DNA of 37,492 nucleotides from a virus (lineage: Duplodnaviria; Caudoviricetes). The notes under the pieces were generated by a model that had not been told where the DNA came from, made no database searches, and was given only the letters and a program-made list of their open reading frames with translations. The stretch is taken from positions 1 to 37,492 of the IMG/VR virus record IMGVR_UViG_3300032314_000486. The stretch is one strand, 5' to 3'. Positions 1 to 9,314 of the stretch are shown one piece after another (positions within the stretch are counted from its first letter, which is position 1; every line of letters starts with the position of its first letter). A program made the translations under genes and the position numbers.

Positions 1-497
1 AGCCGAGTCACAGTCCACACCGCCCCGATTGCCAGATACGCCTGCACCCCATACATGGGATTGATGCCTTCGACGACGGCCCCTTTGCGGTTCGTTCCCT
101 TGCGCTTGCTTTGCTGGGTGGGGTCTTTCTCGGCCCACAGGATCTCGCCATCCTCCAATCGGCCTTTGTATTTCTTCAGCAGCTCGCCGATTTTCGGATG
201 GGAAGTGATCGGCTCCTGATTGAAGGAACCTTGGAACTCGTAGGAAACGCGGTCAGGAATCTCAGCGGGAACGCCCTCGAAATAGTGATTCGTGATGCCC
301 TGGCCGCCCTCGTCGCCGTTGTGCTCAGAACGAACGTAAGGAAACACCACGCCGTCGGTGAACGTGCCAAGATCGACCGCCGTTGAACGGTTGGGTTTTC
401 CCGAGTTCCACCGGCAGGAAATGGTGGCGCGATGGCAGCCGAGCCGGTCCTCAATCCAATTCGACAGCCACGGGGTGAATTCTCCGAAATACTCCAT
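1..497 (-). CDS. Putative tail protein downstream of tape measure, truncated by the window edge
   Basis: Not in the ORF track. Manual translation from ATG 497 is open to base 1 (MEYFGEFTPWLSNWIEDRLG...EPITSHPKIGELL...). It follows the tape measure gene and has CTGACA 13 nt upstream. Confidence 0.7.
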   Translation of the reverse strand, partial: MEYFGEFTPWLSNWIEDRLGCHRATISCRWNSGKPNRSTAVDLGTFTDGVVFPYVRSEHNGDEGGQGITNHYFEGVPAEIPDRVSYEFQGSFNQEPITSHPKIGELLKKYKGRLEDGEILWAEKDPTQQSKRKGTNRKGAVVEGINPMYGVQAYLAIGAVWTVTR

Positions 498-523
498 GCG
501 CCGCGCCCGCTGTCAGTTGGACA

Positions 524-2752
524 CTATTCGTAGTGCCGGTCGTCGTTGTGGTCGGAGACGCCACGCTTCACCGTTCCGTCGAGATCCTTGAGCTTGCGAT
601 CGATGGCCTTGAGCGTTTCGAGTTGCTGCTTGGGAACCTCGCTGATCAATCCCGCTGTGCCCGCTGATCCACCAATGGCCGCGAGCGAGGACACTTGTGG
701 CGTGCCAGCGCGCTCGCGCTCGCGGATGGCTTGGTTGAGCGAATTCTCCGCACCGGCCTGCTTCTGCGCGTCCTCGCGGGAATAACCGGACGCGAGGAGA
801 TCGCGCTCCCGTTTCTTGCGAAAAATCTCGTCGTCGAGCTTGTCGGCCTGGTCGCGCAAATCGGTGTCGCCAGTGGCCTTGAACTGCTCGCGCAAAGCCC
901 CGGACCTTGTTTGGGACGCGGCTTGCTGCATGTTGAAAAGCCGGTCGAGATTGTCCTTGGAAAAGGAATTCGCTTCTGCACCTTGCTTCTGCGCCACGCC
1001 CCGCTGTTCCTCGGCGATTTGCGCGGCGGTCTTGCCGCCGGCGCCGAGCGCATTCACACGGTCCTGGGCGGATTTGATGGCGAACCCATCGGCCACGCCA
1101 CCGCTTCCGGCCCGGGCTTTGTCGAGAGCTTCGACGGCCGCGCGTTGCTCCTGCAATTTCTTGGCCTCTTCGGCGAGCTGACGCTGGCGCACCTCGCTTT
1201 GCGCTTTGGCGGCCTGATAGTCGTCGCCCATGAGGGACTCGACGGCGGCATCCGTGGGAGCGTTCTGCGCGGCCGCGGCGGTCTTGCGGGCCTCTTCGAG
1301 TTCCTTCTTGCGCTCCGCGACGGCATCGGAAGCACCGCCGTCGTTGAGCGGATTCCAATCGGCAGCCGCCTTGCGCTGCTCGGCCTCGGCCTGCGCGAGA
1401 CGGTCCTGCGCGTCCACGACCTCCTTGCCGGTGGCACCGATGGCGGCGGATTTTTCGCCCTGTGTCTGAATCTGCTTCACCTGGTCCTGCAGGGATTGAT
1501 TCGTCTCCTGCACGGATTTTTTCAAATCCTCCTGCGCCTTGCCGAAGGTGTGGGCCTCGATGGCGGCATTGGCCATGATCCCCGCGACGACGGAGAGCAA
1601 ACCGATCAATGCACCCCAAGGCCCCAGCGCGAGCCGCAGCACGCCGCCAAGGGCCAGCACGGCGCGGGCGAATACTCCGGTCGCCCCGGCCGCCACAGAC
1701 GAGGCAGCGGCCCATGCGTAAAGCGATGCGGTCAGCGCGATGATGCCTTGAATGGTCGTGGCCACAGAAAACGCCGCCAGCATGAAGATCAGCGCGGCGA
1801 ATCCGGTCAGCACACCGACCAGCCCACCTTTCACGCCAGGCAGGGAGGCAGCGAATTCCACCACGGCCAGCTTGCACTTCTGCCACCAGCTCCAGACCGT
1901 GCCGAGAATCACGGCCACGGATTTCAGCACGGGCGTCATGGCTTCAGTCGCCCGGATCTGCGCGTCGAGTCCGGCCTTTTCGCCCTCGGCGAATTGTTCA
2001 CCCACGGTCTTGGCCTGCTCGTCCTTCGCGGCAGAGAGCTTGGCCTGCAATCCGGCGATGGTGGCCTCCATCGTTTTCATGCTGCCGTTGGACTTGCGGA
2101 TTTCCGTGTGCACCGCGCCCCACACGGCCGCAAAACCCGCGCCACTGGCGGCGAGGGTTTCCAGCTTATCGGCCACCGGCGTCGAGATCACGCCCAGCAT
2201 CCGGAGCTGCTGCACGGCCGCGCCAATCGGGCGGCCATTGGCCAGATCGTCGTAGAGCACACCGACAATGCTCGCCATCTCGTTGAACGACGTCCCACCG
2301 GCCGCAGCGGCATCGCCGATTTCCTTCATGCCACGCTTACCGGAGAGCAAACCGCCGGTCAGGATCTCCAGCTTCTTGTTGCCTTGCGCCAGATCATCGA
2401 AGGCGAAAACCTTCCGCGCCGGCGACCGCCAGATTTCTTCGAGCCGCCTCCGCGCCTGGCCGAGCCCGCCGAGCATCTTGGCGAACTCTGGCGTGTAGAG
2501 TTGGATCTTCGCGATCTTCTCGAGTCCGCGCTGCACCAGTTCCGTTTGCCGCAACCCCCGGGCCATGGCACCGGCAAAGGCCAGAGCCGCGCCACTGGCC
2601 AGAGCGAGCGGACCGGCGAAGTCGTTGAGGATCTTCAAAGCCGCGCCACCCTTGGCACGAACGATGTCCATGAAGTTCGCGGCTGCCCGCGCCTGCGTGC
2701 TGGCCTGCTGTGCGGCGGATGCGCCGGGACCGGGCTGTTGATGAATGGCCAT
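524..2752 (-). CDS. Tail tape measure protein
   Basis: 742 aa, Ala/Gln/Glu-rich helical protein with a central hydrophobic stretch, at the usual position after tube and chaperone genes. Confidence 0.8.
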   Translation of the reverse strand: MAIHQQPGPGASAAQQASTQARAAANFMDIVRAKGGAALKILNDFAGPLALASGAALAFAGAMARGLRQTELVQRGLEKIAKIQLYTPEFAKMLGGLGQARRRLEEIWRSPARKVFAFDDLAQGNKKLEILTGGLLSGKRGMKEIGDAAAAGGTSFNEMASIVGVLYDDLANGRPIGAAVQQLRMLGVISTPVADKLETLAASGAGFAAVWGAVHTEIRKSNGSMKTMEATIAGLQAKLSAAKDEQAKTVGEQFAEGEKAGLDAQIRATEAMTPVLKSVAVILGTVWSWWQKCKLAVVEFAASLPGVKGGLVGVLTGFAALIFMLAAFSVATTIQGIIALTASLYAWAAASSVAAGATGVFARAVLALGGVLRLALGPWGALIGLLSVVAGIMANAAIEAHTFGKAQEDLKKSVQETNQSLQDQVKQIQTQGEKSAAIGATGKEVVDAQDRLAQAEAEQRKAAADWNPLNDGGASDAVAERKKELEEARKTAAAAQNAPTDAAVESLMGDDYQAAKAQSEVRQRQLAEEAKKLQEQRAAVEALDKARAGSGGVADGFAIKSAQDRVNALGAGGKTAAQIAEEQRGVAQKQGAEANSFSKDNLDRLFNMQQAASQTRSGALREQFKATGDTDLRDQADKLDDEIFRKKRERDLLASGYSREDAQKQAGAENSLNQAIRERERAGTPQVSSLAAIGGSAGTAGLISEVPKQQLETLKAIDRKLKDLDGTVKRGVSDHNDDRHYE

Positions 2753-2767
2753 GCGTTCAGACGAGTG

Positions 2768-3493
2768 TCACTTGAAACCGTTCCGCCGTTTGTTTTTGTT
2801 CACCGTGTCCCAATAGAATTTGACCGCCTTGGCCCTCGCTTCCTTGGGCCCCAGCGATTCCTTTTCCATGATTTCGTTGGTGAGCCGTTCGATGGTTTCC
2901 GCGCGTTTCTTGAGCTGCGCGGCGAAGGCCCGTTCGTCCATCGGAGTGAACACCTTCACCTCCGCGCCCTGCCGACGGGCGTGAAGGATGTTCTCCCATA
3001 GCAACATTCCCGTCGGCTTGTTCCATGCCTCTTCCAACGTGCAGCCCGTGGTGGACCGGTAGAGCGTCACTTCCTCCAGGCTGTCGTCCACATCGCGGCG
3101 GCCGCCTTTTTTACTCTTCGTCTCCCACAATTTCGGCGGACTGTGATAGTCGGCCAGATACTCATGGAAGGCATCGCGCGCGGTGAAGACGTCCACCCGC
3201 TCGGCCCACAACATCCAGAGGATTTTCGCCAAGCCAGACCGGCGGGGAAAGTCGCCACGAATGGGATAGGGAGACCGGCAAATCGAAACCGCGAGCTCCA
3301 GATCGGGCACCGTCACCGGACCGCCAGTGAGAAACGGGGAGTTCGCGTATTCGAGCTGGAACTTGTGCCACATCGAAAACGGCCGCAGCGGCCTGCCCAA
3401 AACGCGATGCAGAGACCAGCCGGGGCGCCGGGGATCGTCGAGATTAAAGAGAGCCTCGGCATACCGCTCATCGTGGAGAAAACGCCCAGCCAT
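2768..3493 (-). CDS. Putative tail assembly chaperone
   Basis: Lies between the putative tube and tape measure genes. ATG 3493 (MAGRFLHD) preferred to the TTG at 3505. Function from gene order only. Confidence 0.5.
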   Translation of the reverse strand: MAGRFLHDERYAEALFNLDDPRRPGWSLHRVLGRPLRPFSMWHKFQLEYANSPFLTGGPVTVPDLELAVSICRSPYPIRGDFPRRSGLAKILWMLWAERVDVFTARDAFHEYLADYHSPPKLWETKSKKGGRRDVDDSLEEVTLYRSTTGCTLEEAWNKPTGMLLWENILHARRQGAEVKVFTPMDERAFAAQLKKRAETIERLTNEIMEKESLGPKEARAKAVKFYWDTVNKNKRRNGFK

Positions 3494-3507
3494 CGTTTCA
3501 AGCAAAA

Positions 3508-3536
3508 GGCCGCATCCTTACGGTAAGGATGCGGCC
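3508..3536. repeat. Palindrome A, copy 1 (extended to 29 bp)
   Basis: GGCCGCATCCTTAC-G-GTAAGGATGCGGCC, intergenic. Confidence 0.95.
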
Positions 3537-3555
3537 CATGAACTGTGTGGAATTT

Positions 3556-3900
3556 TTAGAGGTTGAGGCCAGGCGCACCGACGCCGGTGAGGGTGCCTTC
3601 GGAGAAGTCCTCGAAGGTGGCATTGATGCGGAAGCCCTTTTTGATCAGGTTCACGCCCGCCACGGCCATCTGGCCGACGACGCTGATGGGCTCGAAGGCG
3701 GAAACGTACCCGGTCTTTTCACCGGAGTATTTCAGGTTGCCGATGGCCAGGGCGTTGTGCTCGCCGTTGCCGTCCTTGCCCCACACTTCGGTTTCCTTGT
3801 CGCCGGAAAGGGTGGCGGATTTGACGTTGGCCAGGCCGTCCTTGTCCACGTCGCCATCCTGCAAAAAGTGATAATCTTCGCCGAAAAATTCGAGTGCCAT
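3556..3900 (-). CDS. Putative tail tube protein
   Basis: 114 aa acidic, beta-rich protein upstream of chaperone and tape measure; TTGACA 16 nt upstream. Confidence 0.5.
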   Translation of the reverse strand: MALEFFGEDYHFLQDGDVDKDGLANVKSATLSGDKETEVWGKDGNGEHNALAIGNLKYSGEKTGYVSAFEPISVVGQMAVAGVNLIKKGFRINATFEDFSEGTLTGVGAPGLNL

Positions 3901-3918
3901 AATGACTTCGGCGCAATG

Positions 3919-4059
3919 TCAACCAATCAAGCGCGCCAACCGGTCTGCCACCGGGTCCGACTTGCGATTGGCCCACGATCCATATTGCGCAGACTGCTGC
4001 GTCCGGCCCGCCGCCTCCAGTCCGTTCCAAGTACGGCGCAAGCCCCGGCTCTTCTTCAT
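3919..4059 (-). CDS. Possible 46-aa hypothetical protein (MKKSRGLRRTWNG...RLARLIG)
   Basis: Manual translation. Fills the gap between neighbouring genes; TGACA 19 nt upstream of the ATG. Confidence 0.3.
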   Translation of the reverse strand: MKKSRGLRRTWNGLEAAGRTQQSAQYGSWANRKSDPVADRLARLIG

Positions 4060-4089
4060 TTGCCAATGAGTCCGGTCCTGTCATCCAGC

Positions 4090-4108
4090 CATCCTTACGG
4101 TAAGGATG
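4090..4108. repeat. Palindrome A, copy 2
   Basis: CATCCTTACGGTAAGGATG, intergenic. Confidence 0.95.
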
Positions 4109-4184
4109 CAAACGAACACGCCGCGCGGACCAATAAACCGCGCGGCGTGCCGCTCTCTCAGATTTCTCCCGCTAAGAAGAAAGG

Positions 4185-4589
4185 CTACCCAGCGATGGGT
4201 TTGAAATTGATTTTCGTGGTGCCATTGCCAACGCCCAGGACGGTCTTGCGACCGGCCACGATGTCGGCATCGGGGCACATCTTGCCCGCCGTGGCCGAGA
4301 GCACGACGGTCACGCGGTTGCCCACGGTCACACCGAGATCCAGCGCGGCATCCTGCGTGGCGTAGAGCACGGGCTGACCGGCCGAGGAACCCGTGAGGGC
4401 GATGCCGACCACATCGGCCTTGGCGGTCGTGTCGCCCGCTTCCGCCAGCTTGATCTTGCGGCCATCGGCCGCGTCCACATAGACGGGAGAGCCCGCTGTG
4501 ATGGCGCCACCGGAGACACCGCGTTTCGCCGCAGCCAGAGCGGAGGCGGAGGGCTTGACGAGAGAGGGAGTGATATTAATGTCGGCCAT
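4185..4589 (-). CDS. Virion structural protein, cement/decoration-like
   Basis: MADINITPS...AITAGSPVYV...VVGIAL pattern resembles the protein at 7625-7981; TTGACA 17 nt upstream of ATG 4589. Confidence 0.55.
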   Translation of the reverse strand: MADINITPSLVKPSASALAAAKRGVSGGAITAGSPVYVDAADGRKIKLAEAGDTTAKADVVGIALTGSSAGQPVLYATQDAALDLGVTVGNRVTVVLSATAGKMCPDADIVAGRKTVLGVGNGTTKINFKPIAG

Positions 4590-4608
4590 AGTAATTCCGC
4601 GCACCGTG

Positions 4609-5058
4609 TCAATACACGCGCACAGCGAACCGCACCGGGATCACATCGGCATAGGTGAAGTCACGACGAACCGGCTGCACCGGCCCCGAAACGGTCAGCC
4701 CATGAATGAAGATCTTCTCATTTCCCCACCGGATCAGCGGGCAGCCAGGACGCAGCCAGCGCACCATCTTGGCTTTCAGCGCGGCCGCCGTCGCCACGGC
4801 ATCCTTTTCCTCCGTGTCCGTCACGCACCAGATCGTCGCGTTGACCATCCACAAACCGGCCTCGGCGTGTTTCGGCTCCTGGTCGTCGCCATTGACCGCG
4901 ACATAGTTTGCCGGCCACGCGAGCTTGGAACGCCCGGGCCGGACCTGCACGCCAAGCTGGAGCCCGTCGGGAAATGACGGATGCTCGCCGGTTGCGATAG
5001 CCTCCACGGCGGCATCTTCGAGCAGTTGCGTGGCGTCGGCCGTTGGTAATTCACTCAT
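4609..5058 (-). CDS. Putative tail completion/terminator protein
   Basis: 149 aa, located after head-closure gene; gene order only. Confidence 0.45.
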   Translation of the reverse strand: MSELPTADATQLLEDAAVEAIATGEHPSFPDGLQLGVQVRPGRSKLAWPANYVAVNGDDQEPKHAEAGLWMVNATIWCVTDTEEKDAVATAAALKAKMVRWLRPGCPLIRWGNEKIFIHGLTVSGPVQPVRRDFTYADVIPVRFAVRVY

Positions 5059-5085
5059 AAAATTTCAGCTTTCAGCCTTCATACT

Positions 5086-5427
5086 TCAGCCTTCTCTTCC
5101 GTCTCCCAAGGCAATGCAGACAGCCGTGAAGGTGGATCCTTGAGGCACCATCGCAGTGATGCGGAAGTCGAGTCCCTTCCAGCGCAGACGCCAGCCCGAG
5201 GCCACGCCGTGCTCGCGGACGTCCTTGTCGGTCAGCTCGGCTTGCAGATCGTTGACCTGACCTTGCCCGCCGATGCGGGCCACGGAACCCTGGGAACCGC
5301 CGGGATAAACGATGGCGTTGGTATCGAACGCCTCGGCCTCCGGATGCGAAAGCGTAACCGGGTCCGTGTCGGCCATCACCTTGAACGCCTCGGTGTCGGC
5401 CCCGGCAAACGAATCATCAAAAGTCAT
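5086..5427 (-). CDS. Putative head-tail joining (head closure) protein
   Basis: 113 aa, beta-rich C-terminus (WRLRWKGLDFRITA), FII-like position. Confidence 0.5.
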   Translation of the reverse strand: MTFDDSFAGADTEAFKVMADTDPVTLSHPEAEAFDTNAIVYPGGSQGSVARIGGQGQVNDLQAELTDKDVREHGVASGWRLRWKGLDFRITAMVPQGSTFTAVCIALGDGREG

Positions 5428-5693
5428 TTCTTCTTTTTGCTTACAGCCTTTGGCGGATTCCCCGCCGCGATCTTATAGACCGGCACATAGCACGGCTTCC
5501 CATCCATGGACGTTTCGCGCCGGCGGCCGCTGCAGATCATCACGCCTCCATGGACCAGATTGCGCATGATCTCGCCGGCCCGCTGCTGACTCACATTCTT
5601 GGCCGCAGCCAACTCGCGGGTGGTGAATCCATCGGGCTGGGCGGCCTGCAAGCCATCCAGTTCCTTGAGCCATTCTTCGATGCTTATTCTCAT
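5424..5693 (-). CDS. Small winged-helix-like DNA-binding protein
   Basis: GFTTRELAAAKNVSQQRAGEIMRNLVHGG helix-turn-helix pattern followed by a beta wing. Confidence 0.6.
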   Translation of the reverse strand: MRISIEEWLKELDGLQAAQPDGFTTRELAAAKNVSQQRAGEIMRNLVHGGVMICSGRRRETSMDGKPCYVPVYKIAAGNPPKAVSKKKK

Positions 5694-5695
5694 GT

Positions 5696-6535
5696 TTAGT
5701 GTTCGACGGGGGCGCGTTCGATGTGACGGACAAACGGGTCGGTGAAAATATTGCGATCACCGGAACGGATCACGATGCCGCCGATTTGCGGCGGAGCCAG
5801 GCGGGCCCCGGCGATCTTGAAGGCAAAGGGCGTCTTGAGCTGCCAGGCCGGGGTCACGACCGCCGTGGCGATCCCGGCCTTGCCGGGAATACGGACCTCG
5901 ATGTTGCGATGCCGGTGACTGCGCACAATGACATTCGGCGGCCGCTCGCCCCAGCGGGCAGCCTCGACGTATTCGGCCACCAGCTCGGCATTGACCGCGC
6001 TCGACTCATGGGCGCTGCTCGATGTCGTCCCGACATGATGGAGGAAATGCACCAGATGGTCGCCGCAACTTTTCCAGAGTTCCCACCGCGCGAATTGCCC
6101 CTCGCGGTTTGCCTTGGCCCCCAGCTCGCGGGCCATGCGTTCCTCGAAGGATGCGCTCTTGCCCACGTGGGCCTCCGTGCCCCGCACCCAATACAGGCGG
6201 CGCATGTGCTTCTGCCGTTGCAAGGTCGGCGCCAAAGCCAGGCGCAAGGCCGCGCACTGGTCCTCCATATTGTTCGAGATCCCGGTGACTGCATTGTGCG
6301 GCACACCATCCAGCCCGTCGCCATTCACCACCACATCAAAGGGCTCGCGCTTCGTGGCCGCCGGGACAAAGACATCCCAAAACTCCTCCCACCATTGCCA
6401 CATCACCAACTGCAGCGGACTCGGCTTGTAGAGACCGCCATCGTCGAGCGGCACACCTTCCGGCGGACACAGCCCAAGGCGGCAGCCCGCGTGAAGATCG
6501 GAGATCACAACGAGGTTATTGACTTTGGCTTTCAT
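5696..6535 (-). CDS. Calcineurin-like metallophosphoesterase
   Basis: Metal-binding motifs ISDLH, NGDGLDG, RGTEAH, HH and SHRH. Confidence 0.8.
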   Translation of the reverse strand: MKAKVNNLVVISDLHAGCRLGLCPPEGVPLDDGGLYKPSPLQLVMWQWWEEFWDVFVPAATKREPFDVVVNGDGLDGVPHNAVTGISNNMEDQCAALRLALAPTLQRQKHMRRLYWVRGTEAHVGKSASFEERMARELGAKANREGQFARWELWKSCGDHLVHFLHHVGTTSSSAHESSAVNAELVAEYVEAARWGERPPNVIVRSHRHRNIEVRIPGKAGIATAVVTPAWQLKTPFAFKIAGARLAPPQIGGIVIRSGDRNIFTDPFVRHIERAPVEH

Positions 6536-6549
6536 GGTTTTTTGGTTTC

Positions 6550-6587
6550 AAAAAAACAGCCCACGGCCATTGCTGGTCGTGGGCTGT
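6550..6587 (-). terminator. Intrinsic terminator after major capsid gene
   Basis: ACAGCCCACGGCCA-ttgc-TGGTCGTGGGCTGT stem followed by a T-run on the minus strand. Confidence 0.7.
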
Positions 6588-6614
6588 GGGCTTTTCACCG
6601 GGAGATGAAATTTT

Positions 6615-7592
6615 CTATGCGTAGTTGGTTTTGATGAGTGTTCCCGCGCACTCGTTGACCACGTGCTCCTCGTTGTTCTGGCGAACGCGCACCACATCGG
6701 AGCGGCGGGGTTCGTCGCGGTAGGTCTCGACCACGTAGTTGAACTCGGCGTCCTCTTCCCAGTAGATGACGCGGCCGGCGCCACCCATGTTCGGATCGCC
6801 CTCGGCCACATTGCCGAGCCAGATGTAGCTGTCGCCCCAAATGTAGGCGAGCTTGGCATCGGTGACTTCCTGGTTATCCCTCGCGGTGGAGTAAACGGCT
6901 TCCGCGATGTGGAGGTTCGTGATGGGGGCGCTGTCCTGGAAGGTGCTCAGGAAAACGTCCTTCGTGATGATCTTGCCTCCGGCGTTGTCGCCGTAGATGT
7001 ATTTGCGCAGCAGGGTGGAGCGGCGGATGCGCTTCCAGATGTTGCGGGAGAGGACGATCGTGTTGACCAGCTCGCCACGTTTCTGGACGCGGGCGATGGC
7101 TTCCTCGATGTCCTGCGGGATGTCGATGGTGGCGATGAGGGCCTCGGTGTAGGCCACCGCGGCGTCGACCTTGCCCCACACGGACTCGTCCATCACCTTG
7201 TCGGCCACGCGTTTTTCCTGGGCGCGGAGGATGTCGGCGAGGGTGAGCCGGGTGGCGGTCTCTTCCGCGTCGAAGAAGCGGGAGAGATCGGCCTGGGTGC
7301 TGTCGTCCACCACTTCGGTGAGACCACGATCGCGGCAGGTGTAGCTGGCCTTCTCGTAGGTGCGATCGACTTCCTTGTAGGGAGTGCGAGGCGCACGCAG
7401 CGTTTGATCGCTGCCGGTCATCCGCAGAACGCCGCCTGTGCCCTTTTTGATTTTGCGATAGGTGCCGGTCTCGGTCTTGCTGGGCCAGAGCGGGAAGATC
7501 TTGTCGGCAATGAAAAACTTGTCCGCTTCGAGGGCTTCCTGCACGGTGACCTGCAACTCCGGTCGGATGATGGCGTCGGTATTTTTATACAT
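6615..7592 (-). CDS. Major capsid protein
   Basis: 325 aa, follows protease and cement genes; FIADKIFP and VETYRDEPRRSDVVRVR patterns typical of lambda gpE-like capsids; followed by a terminator. Confidence 0.85.
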   Translation of the reverse strand: MYKNTDAIIRPELQVTVQEALEADKFFIADKIFPLWPSKTETGTYRKIKKGTGGVLRMTGSDQTLRAPRTPYKEVDRTYEKASYTCRDRGLTEVVDDSTQADLSRFFDAEETATRLTLADILRAQEKRVADKVMDESVWGKVDAAVAYTEALIATIDIPQDIEEAIARVQKRGELVNTIVLSRNIWKRIRRSTLLRKYIYGDNAGGKIITKDVFLSTFQDSAPITNLHIAEAVYSTARDNQEVTDAKLAYIWGDSYIWLGNVAEGDPNMGGAGRVIYWEEDAEFNYVVETYRDEPRRSDVVRVRQNNEEHVVNECAGTLIKTNYA

Positions 7593-7624
7593 GGCTTTTT
7601 GGTGGTTTCAGTGGGACGACGGGG

Positions 7625-7981
7625 TTAGAGCGGGTAAACGGTGATCACGTCGCCATCGACGGCGGCTGCTTCGGCCGCGATGCCGTAGGCCGAGGAACCG
7701 GCCGTGGTGACCTTGCCGCCGGCGGCGCGGTTCACGACCGCCCCGACTACAACCGCGTCACCGGCTGTGACTGCGACGCTGCCCGGCGCATTGCGCAGGC
7801 GGACTTCGGCGACTTCCTTGTTGTCGGAGGTCTTGATTTTGGTGACGCCGATTTCCTGCTCGCTGGCGCTAGCCGGAGTGATCTTGCCGCCGCTGGTGAG
7901 CTTGACGCGGAGATTGGCCGCGACGCCCGTGGTGGAGTCGGCAACGAAGCTGTCGCTGCCGTGTTCGATGATTGCGCTCAT
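7625..7981 (-). CDS. Capsid cement/decoration protein (DUF2190-like)
   Basis: 118 aa ending GIAAEAAAVDGDVITV, directly upstream of capsid gene. Confidence 0.7.
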   Translation of the reverse strand: MSAIIEHGSDSFVADSTTGVAANLRVKLTSGGKITPASASEQEIGVTKIKTSDNKEVAEVRLRNAPGSVAVTAGDAVVVGAVVNRAAGGKVTTAGSSAYGIAAEAAAVDGDVITVYPL

Positions 7982-8010
7982 GGTGTGGTTTTCCTTTGGT
8001 TGGTGGGCGG

Positions 8011-8751
8011 TTAGTCGGCGAGTTCCACGATGCCGCGAGCGGCTTGGTGCTCGGAGAAGGCGCGGGGGTTTTCCTTTTTCACCAGACGCAGGGCCTGGGC
8101 CTTGATGGTGTTCGGACCGGCCTTGGGATCCTTGGCGGAGAGTTCCACGACCTTGGCGGAGCAGAGCGTTTCGAACTCGGTGCGCTCCGTGCCGTCCTCG
8201 TTGGTGGAGAACATCCGGACGCTTTCCGCGCCGGGGCTGGCCGCACGGCCGGGAGTGGAGCGGACGATGCGCTGCAGGCTGGCGATCTGGAGATCCTTCT
8301 GCTCGCAGAGCTCGACGAGGGCGTCGTATTTTTGCTCGATGACCTCGAACTGCTGGAGGACTTCCGCCTGCTCCTGCTGCTCGGTGGTCGCACCGATCTT
8401 GCTGGCTAGATCGTGGATCTTGCCGCGGAATTCGCGGGCCAGAGCGGCGACGGCTTCCGTGGAAGCGGGAGCGGGCTCGGTCTCGGTCTCGGTTTCGGTG
8501 TCGGCATTGGCCAGCACGTGATCGAGCGTGGCTTGCACCTGCTCGCGGGTGGCGCCATCGAACTGCGCGGCGATCTCGTCGTCGCTGAGTTTCAGCGCGG
8601 CTTCGAGTTCCTCGGCAGTGAGGGGTTCCTGGGATTCGAAGCGGCCTTCGATTTCCTGGAAGCGAGAATCAACGTGGGTTTTGAGACCGTTGATGGCTTC
8701 CATAACTTCGGCCATCGTGGGCTCCTGGACGGGTGCGGTTTCTTTGGGCAT
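8011..8751 (-). CDS. Nested in-frame scaffold protein (MPKETAPVQ...)
   Basis: In-frame ATG 8751 just after the protease domain, with GAAGGA and TTGACA 17 nt upstream; analogous to lambda C/Nu3. Confidence 0.55.
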   Translation of the reverse strand: MPKETAPVQEPTMAEVMEAINGLKTHVDSRFQEIEGRFESQEPLTAEELEAALKLSDDEIAAQFDGATREQVQATLDHVLANADTETETETEPAPASTEAVAALAREFRGKIHDLASKIGATTEQQEQAEVLQQFEVIEQKYDALVELCEQKDLQIASLQRIVRSTPGRAASPGAESVRMFSTNEDGTERTEFETLCSAKVVELSAKDPKAGPNTIKAQALRLVKKENPRAFSEHQAARGIVELAD

Positions 8752-9270
8752 TTGATTCCTTCCGGTGTTGTCAACCGTTTCGTGCTCCTTCGCGGAAAAA
8801 AGTCCGGTGGGATTGGCGGCCGGATTCGGCACGCAATCGACGGAAACCAGCTCGGTGCACCGCGCGTAATTTTTCTTGCCGATGCGCTCGCCTTTCTCCG
8901 GACCGGCGAAGGATGCGCTCAGGCCGAAGCAGCCCGGCATGGCCTGGGCTTTCTCCAAGGTCTTGGCCGTCTCTTCGTGGGTTTTGAGCAGATACCAATC
9001 GGCCACGCCTTTTTCGCCCTCGCGGCGGAAGTTCGTGAGATAACCACCGATAGCTTCGACGCCGCTCTTGTGGTTGTATTTGACCTGGACCTTGCCGGCC
9101 GCTTTGCCGCAGGAGATGATTTGGTCCACGGTCTTTTCATCGACTTCGAGGTTGTGACCCTTGGCGGTGACTCCGCCGGTGATGACCGCCACGCCTTTGA
9201 TGACGGCGGACTCCGGATCAACGCGACCGGAGAGGGGGATGTGAAAATGAAACATTGCTGGCTCGCTCAT
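8011..9270 (-). CDS. Prohead protease fused to scaffold domain
   Basis: N-terminal protease-like motifs (KYNH, FGLSASF, LVSVDCVPNPAANPTGLFS) and an acidic coiled-coil C-terminus. Confidence 0.75.
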   Translation of the reverse strand: MSEPAMFHFHIPLSGRVDPESAVIKGVAVITGGVTAKGHNLEVDEKTVDQIISCGKAAGKVQVKYNHKSGVEAIGGYLTNFRREGEKGVADWYLLKTHEETAKTLEKAQAMPGCFGLSASFAGPEKGERIGKKNYARCTELVSVDCVPNPAANPTGLFSAKEHETVDNTGRNQMPKETAPVQEPTMAEVMEAINGLKTHVDSRFQEIEGRFESQEPLTAEELEAALKLSDDEIAAQFDGATREQVQATLDHVLANADTETETETEPAPASTEAVAALAREFRGKIHDLASKIGATTEQQEQAEVLQQFEVIEQKYDALVELCEQKDLQIASLQRIVRSTPGRAASPGAESVRMFSTNEDGTERTEFETLCSAKVVELSAKDPKAGPNTIKAQALRLVKKENPRAFSEHQAARGIVELAD

Positions 9271-9314
9271 GCCAGCAACAGCGTTGTCAATGGAGGGACG
9301 CCGCCCTCGTGCCC

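Noticed and set aside
695-3001. 768-aa plus-strand ORF, and similar long antisense ORFs (11129-12610, 13651-15120, 23442-24839, 28342-29484, 30465-31619, 34786-36807)
   Set aside because: Shadows of real genes on the opposite strand in high-GC DNA, with no motifs.
2768-3493. Programmed frameshift in the tail chaperone gene
   Set aside because: One continuous ORF reaches the tape measure gene; no second overlapping frame is required.
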